64,000 bases of DNA from Octopus bimaculoides (Eukaryota), in assembly GCF_001194135.2 (NCBI RefSeq), contig NC_068984.1:87408525-87472524 (forward strand), read 5' to 3'. Both the position numbers and the translations under genes were made by a program. A model generated the notes under the pieces. It searched no databases and was not told the origin of the DNA. It worked only from the letters and a program-made list of their open reading frames with translations. Shown one piece after another: positions 10,301 to 25,030 of the stretch; within the stretch, counting starts at the first letter, position 1, and every line of letters begins with the position of its first letter.

Positions 10301-13300
10301 TTCAGGCCTTGTACCTATAGTGGAAAGGATTATTATTAAAAGATGTTTCTTTATTTTTAGGTTAAACATATTGTCATGATCAACTGTGGTGCATCTTTCG
10401 ATGTCGTGGAGTTGTTACAACCTGAGAAAGATGTGTGTTTCTACATTTTTGACAGGTAAAATATATTTTTATTCATTGAGTCATGTCTACATGTCTGCAT
10501 TGTTCTGGACATGTAATCTCTTTTACTCTTTTACTTGTTTCAGTCATTTGACTGCGGCCATGCTGGAGCACCGCCTTTAGTCGAGCAAATCGACCCCAGG
10601 ACTTATTCTTTGTAAGCCTAGTACTTATTCTATCGGTCTCTTTTACCGAACCGCTAAGTTACGGGGATGTAAACACACCAGCATCGGTTGTCAAGCGATG
10701 TTGGGGAGACAAACACACACATATATATGCATATACATATATACGACGGGCTTCTTTCAGTTTCCGTCTACCAAATCCACTCACAAGGCTTTGGTCAGCC
10801 CGAGGCTATAGTAGAAGACACTTGCACAAGGTACCACGCAGTGGGACTAAACCCGGAACCATGTGGTTGGTAAGCAAGCTACTTACCACACAGCCACTCC
10901 TGCGCCTATATGTAATGTAAATGGATGACATGAGCTTTATCTTTTAGTCTTTCAGCATCTTGGGCAAGTTTTTTTTTTTTACTATAGTTTCATGTCAGCC
11001 CAAGTCTTGTGAGTGAAATTGGGTAAATGGAAACTGTGGAAGCCCATTGGATTCATAGGTCCAGCCATGTCATGCTGAATCAGCCTGAATTATATTATGG
11101 GTATGAGTTTCTGCAGAATACGCAGCCACTTAGCTGTTAATTTAATGTGTAAGTAGTTCAGATGATAGAATAACTGAATGCTTATTGTTAAAACCAGCAG
11201 AGGATCACTCATTAGAGAGAGCAAAAGAAACTTGTTTATTCTCTATCGCAATTAGTCAACTTTAGCATCAATTGTTACACATTTTCAACAGGACAATTAC
11301 TGATCTATTGCATTTCTGATGATCAAAATCATAAAGGAGCACCAAAAGCTTGCTTCCCATCCACATGGTTCCAGGTTCAGTCCCACTACGTGGTACCATG
11401 GGCAAGTGTCTTCTACTATAGTCTTGGGCTGACCAAAGCCTTGTGAGTGAATTTGGTAGGCAGAATCTGAAAAAGCCTGACGTGTATGTGTGTCTGTGTC
11501 TGTGTTTGTCCCCCTCCCTAAGTTCTGGGGTCAATTTGTTCGATTAAAACCCTTCAAGGTAGTGCTCCAGTATGACCGCAGTCAAATGACTGAAGCAAGT
11601 AAAAGGAAAAAAAAGAATAAAAAGAATTAAATTCAAGAAAAAGTGATTGCTTTTGGTAAGCCTGTTAGCTGTGTGTTAATAAATGTCAAATGTTCATAAT
11701 TGATTGCAGTATTTACCAACAATGGCTTTGAGGATTTTATATGACAATATTTTGAAGGTGCCTAGAGAAAAAAGTCTATTTTGTCAGCATTAATTCAATA
11801 TTGAAATGGACTGCATACAAAAATATATGTGAATGTAAAACAAAAACCCCAATTGACCCTTTAACATTCAAATCAGCCCAAAACATCTGGCCCAAATATC
11901 CTCCTTGTTTTATGTTGAAAGCAGCCAGGTCAAGCCTCTCATACCTACCCTACAATGTTATTCTAAAATGTAAAAAGTCACATCATTGAAATCCTGAAGC
12001 TATTAGATTATACATGATTAATACAAAACAATATGAATTAATAAGTATTTAAAAAAATTTTTTTACTTGTTTCAGTCATTTGACTGTGGCCATGCTAGAG
12101 CACTGCTTTGAAGGGTTTTAGTCAAACAAATCAATCCTAGGACTTAATTTTTTTTAGCCTAGTACTTATTCTATCAGTCTCTTCTACTGAACCACTAACT
12201 TGGTTGTCAAGCAGTGATGGCGGAGACAAACACAAAGAAACACACACACACATATATAAATATTTTGGTGGGCTTCTTTCAGTTTCTGTTTACCAGATCC
12301 ACTCATAGGGATTTGGTCGGCTCAAGGCTATGGTACAGGACACTTGCCCAGAGTGCCCTGCAGTGGGACTGAACCCAGAACCATGAACCCACATAGGGAT
12401 GGAGGGAGAAGGATGGAAAGTAATCCATATAGTTGACTGTTAGAGGTGCTCAGGAGAAAGACATCTGGTAGAGGTTAGAGGAGAAAGACTTCTGGTATAG
12501 GTAGTGAGGGTGGGATTGGAGTGGGGTGCACTGCGAACAACAAAACATTATGGCTGCCCTATTTCCTAGCTAAAGCCAATGTGGCATAGCTACAAACAAA
12601 GCGAGCTACAATTTAATAATCAACATGCGTAAACTTGAAAGAAATGAAGCTGGTATGCTCCGCTGGATGTGTAATGTCAGTGTGCATACATGACAGAGTG
12701 TAAGCACCTTGAGAGAAAAATGAGACATAAGAAGCATCAGAGGTGGTGTGCAAGAGAGACAACTGCACTGGTATGGTCATGTGATGCATATGGATAAGGA
12801 CAGCTGTGTGAAGAAGTGTCACACCCTAACAGTGGAGAGAACCTGTGGAAGAGGTAGACCAGGAAGACATGGGATGAGGTGGTGAAGCATAACCTTTGAA
12901 CTTTGGGCCTCATAGAGGCAATGACAAATGACCAAAACTTTTGGAGATGTGCTGTGCTTGAGAAGACCCGGCAAGACTGTAGTGATGGCCGATGCCAGTG
13001 TTGCATAATTGGCCCGTTTAAAAGCACCGTTCAATTGTTGGGCAGTATGCCATGCTTGTGAAGACCTGTTGAACCAAGTGAAATCGTAGTCATGGCTGAT
13101 ACCAGTGCCACCTGACTGGCACCCACGCCGGTGGCACGTAAAAAGCATCATTCGAGTGTGGCCAATGCTAGTGCCGCCTGACTGGCTCCTGTGCTGGTAG
13201 CATGTAAAAGCACCCACTACACTCTTGGAGTGGTTAGTGTTAGGAAGGGCATCCAGCTGTAGAAACCTTGCCAGATCAGATTGGAACCTGGTGCAGCCTC

Positions 13301-16300
13301 CCGGCTTTCCAATTCTCAATCAAACTATCCAACCCATGTCAGCATGGAAAGCGGACGTTAAACAACAGTGATAATGATATATATATATATATTATCAACA
13401 TCATTTAATGTCTGTTTTTCATGCTGTCTACCAGATTCACTTACAAGGCTTTGGTTGGCCTGGAGATATACCTTACCCAAGGTGTCACACAGAGGGGAAC
13501 TCTGAACCTGAAGCCATGTGGTTGAGGGATAAACTTTTTAACCATGCAGCTATGTCTGGTGTTAATTAAGTAAAGATATAAATCAAAATATGTTTAAAAA
13601 ATGATAACTTATTCCAGGTCTGTACAACAAGAATATATAAATATGCAACAATTTAAATTTGTATGTCAAGTAAAGTATACTATAGTAGCTTATTTAAATC
13701 TTTGCTAATGGAATAGCTTTCTGGCAGTGTTAGTTTCTGTCAGAACCCTGACTCCCTCTGAGCTAATGATTGGCATGGTCACCTTTTATGATATAGAGGA
13801 TTTGAGTGTGCTTTCTTGGGAGAGATCTTCCCTGAGTGTATCTGTATGTGTGTTATTTACACTTTTCAGTACAATCAAATTATTATTAAATTTATGCAAA
13901 ATAATTCTGGCATATAAAATATATACAGATGATCGCCTTATGTCCAATAGCCCAGTAGATTAAGCATGAGAAAAGAATGTGATATAAACTTCTGACTGGT
14001 TTCAGCTTTATGCATAAAACTACCACTCCATTCAGGCTTGACTGATGGTCGGTTAAACTGCAGTATGTTATCAATAGCACAACAATGTTAGAAGAAATCA
14101 TCATCATCATCATTTCACATCTGTTGTCCATGCTGGTACGAGTTGGATTGTTTGACTAGGGTTGGCAAGCTGGAAGGCTGCACCAGATTCCAGTCTGATT
14201 TGGCATGGTTTCTACAGCTGGATGCCCTTCCTAATGCCAACCACACTGTGAGTGTAATGGGTGCTTTTACATGCCACTGGTATGGGTACTATTTGCATGA
14301 CACAAGTATCTAGTACCTCTAGCTTACCCCACTAGCAGTTGATGGAGTTCTATTTTCTGTACATTTTTGGTGTTTATTGTACATATGCATCTACTACACA
14401 CAAAAGCTATTTTCCCTGTTAACCTTCCTCTGATATTACTACACCTCTTATGTGTCCATAGCTTACACCGGGTACATCTTATGGAGTTTCTACCTACGCC
14501 TTTTCTACAGATCAAGCAGGGATTTGTGATTTGTCTGCCTGAAGGGATTTGTGATTTGTCTGCATTCTTACTTACTAAGACTTTGGTTTTTGCTAGATTA
14601 ACTCTAAGGCCCTTCAATTCTAGACCTTGCTTCAATACCTGAAACTTTTTCTCTAGTTCTGGTAGTGTTTCAGCTATAAGAACAAGGTCATCAGCATAGA
14701 GGAGCTCCCAGGAGCAGCCTAACTTAAATTCCTCTGTTATTGCCTGGAAGACTATGATGAACAAGAGAGGGCTGAGGACCGATCCTTGGTGAACCCCTAT
14801 TTGTACCCAGAATACTTCACTGTACTTGTTGTCAACTCTCACCTTACTGGTAACATCCTTGTACATGGCTTGTACAGCTCTCACCAACCACTTGTCTATT
14901 CCTAGTTTCTGCATTGAACACCAGATAAGGGATCAGGGGACCCTGTCAAAGGCTTTCTCCAAGTCAACAAAAGCTAAGTCCTGAGGTTTATCTTTGGCTA
15001 TGTATTTCTCCTGCAGCTGTCTTACCAGAAATATAGCATCAGTGGTGCTTCTGCCTGGTACGAAGTGAAACTCCATTTCATCTAGACTAATTCTCTCCAT
15101 AATTAGTTGGGCTATGACCCTCTCCATAACTTTCATCACTTGATCTAATAATTTGATACCTCTGTAATTATTTCTCTCTAAGGTATCCTTTACTTATGTA
15201 GAAGTTGACTATGGTGCTGCTACACCAGTCATTGGATATGATTCCTTTGTGAACCACCTGATTTACAATATGGGTGACTAGACCATAACCCACACTACCA
15301 GATATTTTAAGCATCTCAGTGGTGATTCCTAATGGGCCGGGGGCTTTCCCTGTCTTCATATCGTTAATTGCCTTATCTACCAAGGTTTGTTGATTTGGAT
15401 AGCTGGTCCCTCAGTTGGGTCAACATTTGGTAGACTCTCCTTTTCCCATTTATTCTCCATGTTCAGCAGTCTTTTATAATGGCTTTTCCAAGGCTCTTTC
15501 TTTGCAGAATCATTAAATGCAAGTGTACCATGATCCATGCAGACACATTTCACTCTTATGACATCACAATTTTCTCTCACACACTGTCTTGCAATCTGCA
15601 ACACCTCAAGTCTTTGGTCCTCATGTCGCTGAACATAGGCAAACTTTTTCTGTTCTGCATCTCCCTTGGCTATATATATACCTGTCTCCTAGCTTCCCCT
15701 CTGGTTGATAGAATTCCCTACTTCCTCCACTCTTCAAGGCCTTCCAAACCAGTTACTTTACTCTAATGGCCCTGTCTAAAGTATCATTCCCCCACAACAT
15801 TACCTTAAGTCTGGATAGAACTTTGCACCAACTACAGATTTGGTCTGTGGCACTCAGGAAGCTGACCCACAAGAATTCCCAGTTACCCTCTATGTCACAA
15901 GTCTAGTTCCTCTTCCCTCTCATCAAATTTCTCAATTAAGATGTCCCTAAATCTCTGACCATATGAAGGGTCCTTAAGCTTCTAAATCCTTCTTTTCCAG
16001 GTTGGTCTGCTTCTTGGCATCCTTCTGGCCTGAAGTCTAAAGTCACTAATGACGAGTCTTTGCTGGGAGGTACATTCTTCACCAGGGACAATCTTTGTAT
16101 TTAGGAGCAACCATGCATCCTGCTCTCTGGTGAGAATGTAATTGATCTGGCTAGCATAGTCACCTGACTGGTAGGTTATCAGGTGGCTGGTCAGCTTTCT
16201 GAATTTGGTGTTGCAGATCAATAGGTTATTTGCATCGCAGAACTCCAGTAGCCTTGTTCCCTTTTCGTTTTGGGAACCAATTCCATGGCCCACATACACA

Positions 16301-19300
16301 CCATGAAAGATACTGGGCTGCTGTCCGACATGCCCATAAAAGTGATCATTTTGTGCTTTTGGTAGACCCACTTGGTAGGCATAAGCAGAGATAATTGTCG
16401 CTATAGTATTCTGCAAGACTAGCCTGAGCTTAAGTACGCTATTGCACTCTGTGACTACTTCTATGACCTTATCCACCCATTTTTCTGCAAGAATTATGTC
16501 CACACCACCTACCCTGCTACTGTTAGCTTCTCAGAAGATTTTATACCTATGTGTCTTGCCTGTGAGGAACCTGGCTGAAGCTCCTCTCCAATACCTCTTG
16601 AATGCAACATACATCAACACACATCCATTCAAGTATCTCAACAATCTCACTAACCTAGCTTTCAATGTGTCTACATTAACACTGCCAACTCTGTAAATTG
16701 GGAAAGGGACATGGGAGGGAGCATGGGAAGGAGAGATGGTATTCAGCACCTGAAAAGAAGGTTTCAATCTTCGTTTGATAACAGACATATCACATCAGCT
16801 GTATTCACTTTAACCTACCATCATTCAAACATGTTAAACTTGTTGCTCCTATTTTGAGTGTAATGTAAGCATTGTAAATATGTTATAAGTGTTGTAAATA
16901 TAAGCGTTATTGTTGCAAACATAAATAGGTCAATTTTAAATTAAGTAAATGAGCCATAGTGTGGATGATTGGTGGTGGTGGGTGGGAGAGAGCTATGCAA
17001 GTCTTCTGATACAGAAGCCCATGTAGGGGTTTCTGGTATAAGAGAAGAAATTTCCGGTATAGGTGGTGGGGGCAGGAATGGGTGGGCGCATTGCGGACAA
17101 GCAATGGCCAGCTTCACCTCAAGAAATAACAGTAAGAAGAGACTAGTGAGGCAGAGAGAGAGAGAGAGAGAGAGAGTCTTGAAAGACTTTATCGCTGGAA
17201 GAATCATGAGAAAGATGCAAGTTATAAAACAAGGCAAGAAGGATTACAAATTTGTAAGCGAAAGGGAGAGATCAGTGAGGAAATCATGGCAAAGTATGGG
17301 AACACATGGGTTATGAAATGGAGAGAATATTGCAAAGATTTAAAGAATTATGAGTTTTGAAGATTATTTTATGAATTAAAGAATTACAAATTTTGAAAAT
17401 TATTTTAATTCAAAGTACAGCATATTAGTATTCCGAATATGAATGATGAATGAATGATGAGTGATTAAAACTAAAGAAATTTTTTAGTTTAGCCCATCAT
17501 TTTGTGTGGTATAATAGTGTCAGCAGCAGAGCAAGTAATGTGAAAGTTTGGAAAAAAACCTTGTGCAAAGGATTCTTTATATAATCTACAGCCGGAAGTG
17601 CTCAAACTACGTATAAAAAAACCTAACTTTAGGCACATTTTATATTCTGTGGTTAGTGCAATAAAAGGTAAGACCCTCAACTTAGCAAACAGTTTTAAGC
17701 AGTATAATATATGCTGTATCCATATTCCCAATAATGTCTTGCTCAAAGAGCTGTTTTCTGTAAATGTAGTTTGTTGTTCTGAAGCACATTTCATAGAACA
17801 TTTAGTTATTGAAAAAATATTTAACTTCCTCTTTCAGTCACAGGCCAATTGATGTACATAATGTGTACAATAGTTTACAAGTCAAAGTACTTGTGAGAGA
17901 AAATGAAATTACTGACATTCCTGATTATGATAGTATCTTTAGAGATGATGAGGTAAGTATTATTTTTATTTATTCATGATAATATGCAGTATTTATTAAA
18001 TATTTCTTTTCTATTAGCAGAAAGTATGAAATACATCTTGGAAACTGTGTATAAAAATTTTTTGAGAGAATGTTCTGGCAATATTGATTTGTTGTGCTAC
18101 TGCTATTGCAGTATGATTTGTTTTTAGGTACTCATATCCATATTTGTATGCAGTTTATTGATGACTGCCTTCAAAGAAGCAGTTATTATGTGTCATTCCA
18201 GATTTACCTTATTACAAATTAAATGTTAATTCATATTCTTGACATGTCATAAACATTTTAACTGAGGAGCTAAATCATTTATTGGACCAACTATTTTTTT
18301 CAAAACAGTTCTGTCAAATGAGAAAATAGACAAAATTATTAGATTATTAATGAAAGTCATCATCATTATTATTTAACATCCATTTTCCATGCTGGCATGG
18401 GTTGATGGTTTGACTGGAGCTGGTAAGACCAGGGGTTGCACCTGGTTCCATTGTCTGTTCTGGCATGATTTCTATGGCTGAATGCTTTTCCTAATGCCAA
18501 CCATGTTACAGAGTGTACTGGGTGCTTTTTATGTGGCACCAGTATCACTTCTGCAGTGGCAGATGGGTCTTTTTGAGTACAACAAGGTGCCAAGTATCTC
18601 AGTCCTGAGTCATCTCCTTTGTAAGGCTCAGTGTCTTGTGGTCGGCCTTCACTACTTTGTCCCATGTCTTCCTGGCTCTCCCACTTCCATAAGTTCTATC
18701 CACTTTAAATGATTGGCACTTCTGTATGCAACTGTCTACATCCAAACTACATATGATAATTTAAATATGAACAAAAATATTCAAATGTCTTTAGTTCAAC
18801 GGACTTGAAAGAAATGAAGCTAGTATGCCTTGGTGGATGTGCAATGTCGGTATGCATGCATGATAAAGTATAAGCGTCTCGAGAGAAAAGTTGGGCACAT
18901 GAGGCATGAGATGTAGTGTACAAGAGAGACTACTGCATTGGTATGGTCATGTGATGCATATGGATGAGGACAGTTGTGTGAAATGCCAACCTTTAATGGT
19001 AGAGGGAACCTGTGGAAGAGATAGACCCAGGAAGACAAGGGGCGAATTGGTAAAGAATGATCTTTGCAGAGGCAATGACAAGTGACTGAGACCTTGGGCA
19101 ATATGCCATGCTTTAGAAGACCGGTGAAGCCAAATGAAATCATAGTCATGGCCAATACTAGTGTTGCGTAACTGGCACCCATGTTGGTGGCACATAAAAA
19201 AGCACCCTTTGAATGTTGAGCAATATGTTGTGCTTCAGAAGACCATCGACCCAAGTGATCTTTGGGCGATATGTTTGATATGTTGAACTTGAGAAGACCT

Positions 19301-22300
19301 ATAAAGCCAAGTGAAATCATAGTTGTGGCCAATACCAGTGTTGCATAACTGGAATCTATGCCAGTGGCATGTAAAAAGCACCATTCAAACCCTGGGGCCT
19401 CATGGAGGCAGTGACAAGTGACTGAGATCTTTGGCAGTATACCATGCTTGAGAAGACCTGTCGAACCAAGTGAGATTGTAGTCGGGGCCGATGCTGGTGG
19501 CACATAAAAAACACTCACTACTCTCTTGGAGTGGTTGGCATTAGGAAGGGCATCCAGCTGTAGGAACTATGCCAAATAAGATTGGCACCTGGTGCAGCTC
19601 TCCAGCTTACTACTTTTCAGTCAAATCATCCAATCCTTGCCAGCATGGAAAATGGACATTAAATGATGATGATTATTTGTTGACAGTTTTCCAGAAACTA
19701 TGTGGAAATACTAGTAAGCAATATCTTGTATTTTTATTATATTTTCCATACAGTTTCTTGTTGGTAAGATTGTAAAGCTTCTTCGTTTTACATTCAAATT
19801 AAAATTACTCATTCAATTTTAGCTTCCTTTCAAATGTTCTGTCCAGTCATATTTTGCTTTTGTCAATTTTCTCTGACTAGATCCTGCAAAATTTGTTTCA
19901 TGCTAGTTTATGTATATATGATGGGCTTCTTTTAGTTTCTATCTGTGAAATCCATTCACAGGGCTTTGGTTGGCTTGAGGCTATAGTAGAAAACAGTTGT
20001 CCAAGGTACCATGCAGTGGAACTGAACCCAAAACCATGTAGTTGGGAAGCAAGCTTCTTACTACATAGCCACACCTGCACCTAATATATATGTGTGTGTT
20101 TGTTTGTACTCTTGTCTAGACTTTATGTGATGGTTGTGAATGAGCATCATTATCATACAAGTGAAGTTGTTCATTTCCAGTCTTCTGTGTAAAATATGTC
20201 TGGCCATGGGGAAATATTACTTTATTTGGAAACATGAGGATTGACAACAGAAAGGGCATCTGGCAGCCATACAAAATCTGTCAACAAAATCTGTCTGAAC
20301 CATGCAAGCAGAGAAAAGTGGACATTAAAACAACGATGATGAAGAAGGGAAAGAAAGAATGTTAAAGGGCCCATTGAAGTACCTTTTAAAAAATGCACTT
20401 CGGCAGAAATAAATTTTAGGGGTCCACTATCATAGAAGTGCTATCATAAAGGACATTATAACTCTTTAGCATTTAAACTGGCCATATGTGGCCCAAATAT
20501 TTTACCTTTTTTATGTTCAAACCAGCCATATCTAGCCTCTCACACCTATCCTATAATGTCATTATAAAAATAAACAATTACATCATCAACATCATGAAGC
20601 TACCAGATACTGCATGATTAACTCAAAGCAATGTGGATGAATAAACATTACATTTGACACTGTAATCTGAATGCTAAAGGATTAAGGAAAACAAAGCTAT
20701 ATCTACAGACAAAATGCAGAAATGCCTCTGCTAGAAATGTAGTGGTGTGAACAATAAGAATAAAAATTCTACCATAACCTTTTTTATAGGATGATATGGA
20801 TAGTGAGGATGAAGATGACGAAACAGGTTACAAGCAGCAAAAGAAACAATTTGATGATAAATATATAATGAAAAAGCGAGAGAGAAGACTATGGGAAGAA
20901 AACAGGTACAGATTTTCATTATTTTTTTTTTGTTATCATAACTTTACATGTTTTTCATTTATTACTTTAATTTAAATGATGTTCGTTATAATAACTATTG
21001 TAAGTAAAATTACCATGTAAGTTTTGATAGGATTGATGTAATATTTTGTGGATGCTGTTGCTTAAATCCAGATCAACCCTGATTAAAGAGAAAATAGATG
21101 AATGGATAGATGGACAACATAATAGATGGATAGATGGACAACATAATAATTTTAGTCAAACTATAGGCTAATATATCAGTACCTTTCAGCTGGAAAGCTG
21201 ACAGAATCATTAGTATGCCAGGCAAAATGCTTAGTGGTATTTCAACCATCTCTATGTCTTGAATTCAAATTCTATCTTGGTCAATTTTGCCTTTCGTTCT
21301 TTCAGGGTCAATAAAATAAGTACCAGTTGAGCACTGGGGTTGATGTAATCGACTTACCCACTCCCCCGAACTTACTGGCCTTGTGCCAAAATTTGAAACC
21401 AATACATCAGTACCTTAAACTCATGACCACTACACAACTATATTAAAAACAGTTGATTTAATTTATATTTAGAGATTAGAATGTTTGAATCAATATCAGT
21501 TTCATTGTATTTCAGAAACAAGACCTTGTTCACTTATACACAATTTTCTTCTTTTGGAACATCTGTAAGTAATAACACATCACATATTGTTTTCCTGTTT
21601 TATACATTTCATACAAATATTATCCATTACATTCTTAATAACTTTTAGATTGATGTGAAGTATTTCCTTTAATCATGAGATATTTTATGTAAATTCTGTT
21701 CAAACTGGTTTCATACAATAAGGAAATGAAGGCATTTTTCCAGCTTCGTTGTTATTTAACCCAAGGTCAGCACTGACCTATGACCAAAGGCATTCCAGCT
21801 GTGACCATGCTATTCTTATCAGACACACTATAAACATTACATTAACCAATTTAGCTTTCTTACTTTTAAAAACACAGTAAAGTGTTGACTGTTTCCAACT
21901 AAATTCATTACTTATCTCATTAAGTAAGAATTTGTTGTTTATTGATTTTTAGTCATGTTGAATGAGTAAATGACTTATTTTAGAAAGAATAATTGATTAA
22001 TTAAATAATTTGAAACAGATAGTAAATTGAATGAATAAATGTGTGCTTGTGTTTGTATATGCATATATATGTAGCTTCATTATTTTTCTTGAAGCACTGT
22101 TGCATAATAAGTGAATTTTCACTTCTATGTTTTTTTTAAATATTGATATTCTTAAACTCAGGCTGGCCTTGCAGAATAGCATAGCATAAATTATCTCTGC
22201 CTATGCCCACAGTTGGCCTACCAAATGAACAGAACAACTATTTTCATGATATTCTTTTGCAGGCTGCCTTTAAGACAAATGATGAGGATCTCATTGCTGT

Positions 22301-24992
22301 GGCTGGTGACTTCAATGGGCATGTCCGACAGCAGCCCGGTATCTTCCATGATGTACATGGGGGCCATGGAATTGGTTCCCAGAATGAAGAGGGAACAAGG
22401 CTACTGGAGTTTTGTGATGCAAATAACCTATTGATCTGCAACACCAACTTCGGAAAGCTGACTAGCCACCTGATAACCTACCAGTCAGGTGACTATGCTA
22501 GCCAGCTCGATTACATTCTCACCAGGCAGCAGGATGCATGGTTGCTCTTAAATACAAAAACCATCCCTGTTGAAGAATGTACCCCCAACCAGCATAGACA
22601 AGTCATAATGACTTTAGACTCCAGGCTAGAAGGATGCCAAGAAGCAGACCAATCTGGAAAAGAAGGACTTGGAAGCTTAAGGACCCTTCATATGGTCAGA
22701 GATTTAGGGACATCCTAATTGAGAAATTTGATGTGAGGTAGAAGGAGCTACAAACTTGTGACATAGAGGGCAACTGGGAATTCTTGTGGGACAGCCTGCT
22801 GAGTGCCACAGACCAAATCTGTGGGTGGTGCAAAGTCCCAACCAGACATAAAGTAATGTAGTGGTGGAACATTGCCATAGACAGGGCCATTAGAGCAAAG
22901 AAACAGGCCTGGAAGACCTTGAAGAGTGAGGGTAGCAGGGAATTGTATCAGATAGCCAGAAGGGAAGCTAAGAGACAGGTATATAAAGCCAAGGGAGAAG
23001 CAGAAAAGAGAAAGTTTGCCTTTGTTCAGCAACATGTGAACCAAAGACTTGAAATGTTTCGGATTGCAAAACAGTGTGTGAGAGAAAATTGTGATGTCAT
23101 AGGAGAGAAATGTCTCTGCACGGATGATGGTGCACTTGCATTTAGTGATTCTGTGAAGAAAGAGGCTTGGAAATGCCATTATGAAAGATTGCTGAATGTA
23201 GAGAATGAATGGGAGGAGGAGAGTCTGCCTAATGTTGACCCAATTGAGGGACCAGCTATCTGAATCAACAGTCCTTGGTAGATAAAGCAATTACGGACTC
23301 GTCGCTGAGATGCTTAAAATATCTAGCGGTGTAGGTTATGTTCTAGTCACCTGTATTGTAAATCAGGTGATTCACGAAAGAGTCATACCCAACAATGATT
23401 GGTGTATTTGCACCATAGTCAACTGCTACAAAGGTAAAGGTGATGCCTTAGATAGAAATAATTACAGAGGTATCAAACTGTTGGATCAGGTGATGAAAAT
23501 TACGGAGGGAGTCATAGCCCAACTAATTAGGGGAAAAATTAGTCTAGATGAGATGCAGTTTGGTTTTATGCCAGGGAGAAGCACCATTGGTGCTATATTT
23601 CTAGTAAAGATAAACCTCTGTACTTAGCTTTTGTTGACTTGGAGAAAGCTTTTGACAGAGTCCCCCAATCCCTTATCTGGTGGTCAATGTGGAAACTAGG
23701 GATAGACAAGTGACTGGTGATAGCTGTACAAGCCTTGTGCAGGGACACTACAAGTAAGGTGAGGATTGGCAACGAGTACAGCGAAGAATTCAGGATACAA
23801 ATAGGGGCTCACCAAGGATCGGTCCTAAGCCCTCTCTTGTTCACCATAGTCCTCCAGGCAATAACAGGAATTTAAGACAGGCTTCTGAACCTCACAAGTT
23901 TATTGTAGCAAGCACTACTCATACCATTAACTTCACTGAAGAAATAGGAGCTCCAGTCACTTGCTCATGATAATATTTCACATTCCAGTAACATTAGCAC
24001 ATGCATATCTAAACTATTATCAAACAGAAATATTCAACGAATCATCTTGTCATACTTTGTGATGTGAACAACAAGCTTTCAAATACATCCCTGTACCAAT
24101 GGACTTGAACTGCAAATTGGTTGAACCCACAACCCAATATTCAACATATAAAATCAAGATGAAATATGCAGTCCTGTGGCTCACCAGATTCCGTCAACCT
24201 ATCCAACCCGTTCCAGCACAGAAAAATAGCTGTTAAATAATGATGATAATGCTAACAAATGGCCACTCCTGATCTTTTAAGGAAAGCTATATTGTTATGA
24301 ACATCATGAGACACAAGAGATACCAAGAAAGCCACATGAAAAACTTTACCATGGAGACAAGCAAGAATTACATTAATTATTAATATTTTGCTAAATACTG
24401 TAAACCACTAGCATTTTTTTTTTTTGGTAATGTTGGCTTCATGACTTTTGGTACCAAATCAAACATAGTTATCTCCCCATATGAATAAAATGTTTCATTT
24501 CAATTTGGAGTTATCACCCCTTATAAATGATTTGCACAGTCCCACTTAACCAGTGAAATAGTGAGGTCACAAAACAAGACCTATCAGAGGGTGAATAAAC
24601 AAAGCAGAGCCAACGGCCATTCAATAGCTGGGGTGGGGGAAGACCCTACTTCATTAAACTACATCGGTGGTTTTTAACCTTTCCGAGTTGTGTCCCCTCT
24701 CATTGAATGGCATTTTACAAATGCCCCTTTACATCATCTTCATCATCATTGTTCTAATGGCTACTTTCCCATGATTGCATGGATTAGATGGAGTTTATTG
24801 AGGGTGATTTTTACAGGCTGGATGTTCTTCCTGACACCTACCCTTATCTGTTTCCAAGCAAGATAGTATTTCCTTATTGCCAGGAATGGTTTTTGCAAGA
24901 TATTGGCAAGGAATGACCTTCATTTATGACAATTCTGTGGTATCAAGACAAGGAGACCTGAAGTCTTACACACTTGCTCTCTCTCTCTCACA

Positions 24993-25030
<38 letters not shown>

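Noticed and set aside
16907-17340. Overlapping ORFs upstream of the long RTE copy
   Set aside because: They include a (GA)n tract and have no identifiable motif; possibly an old LINE fragment but not assignable.
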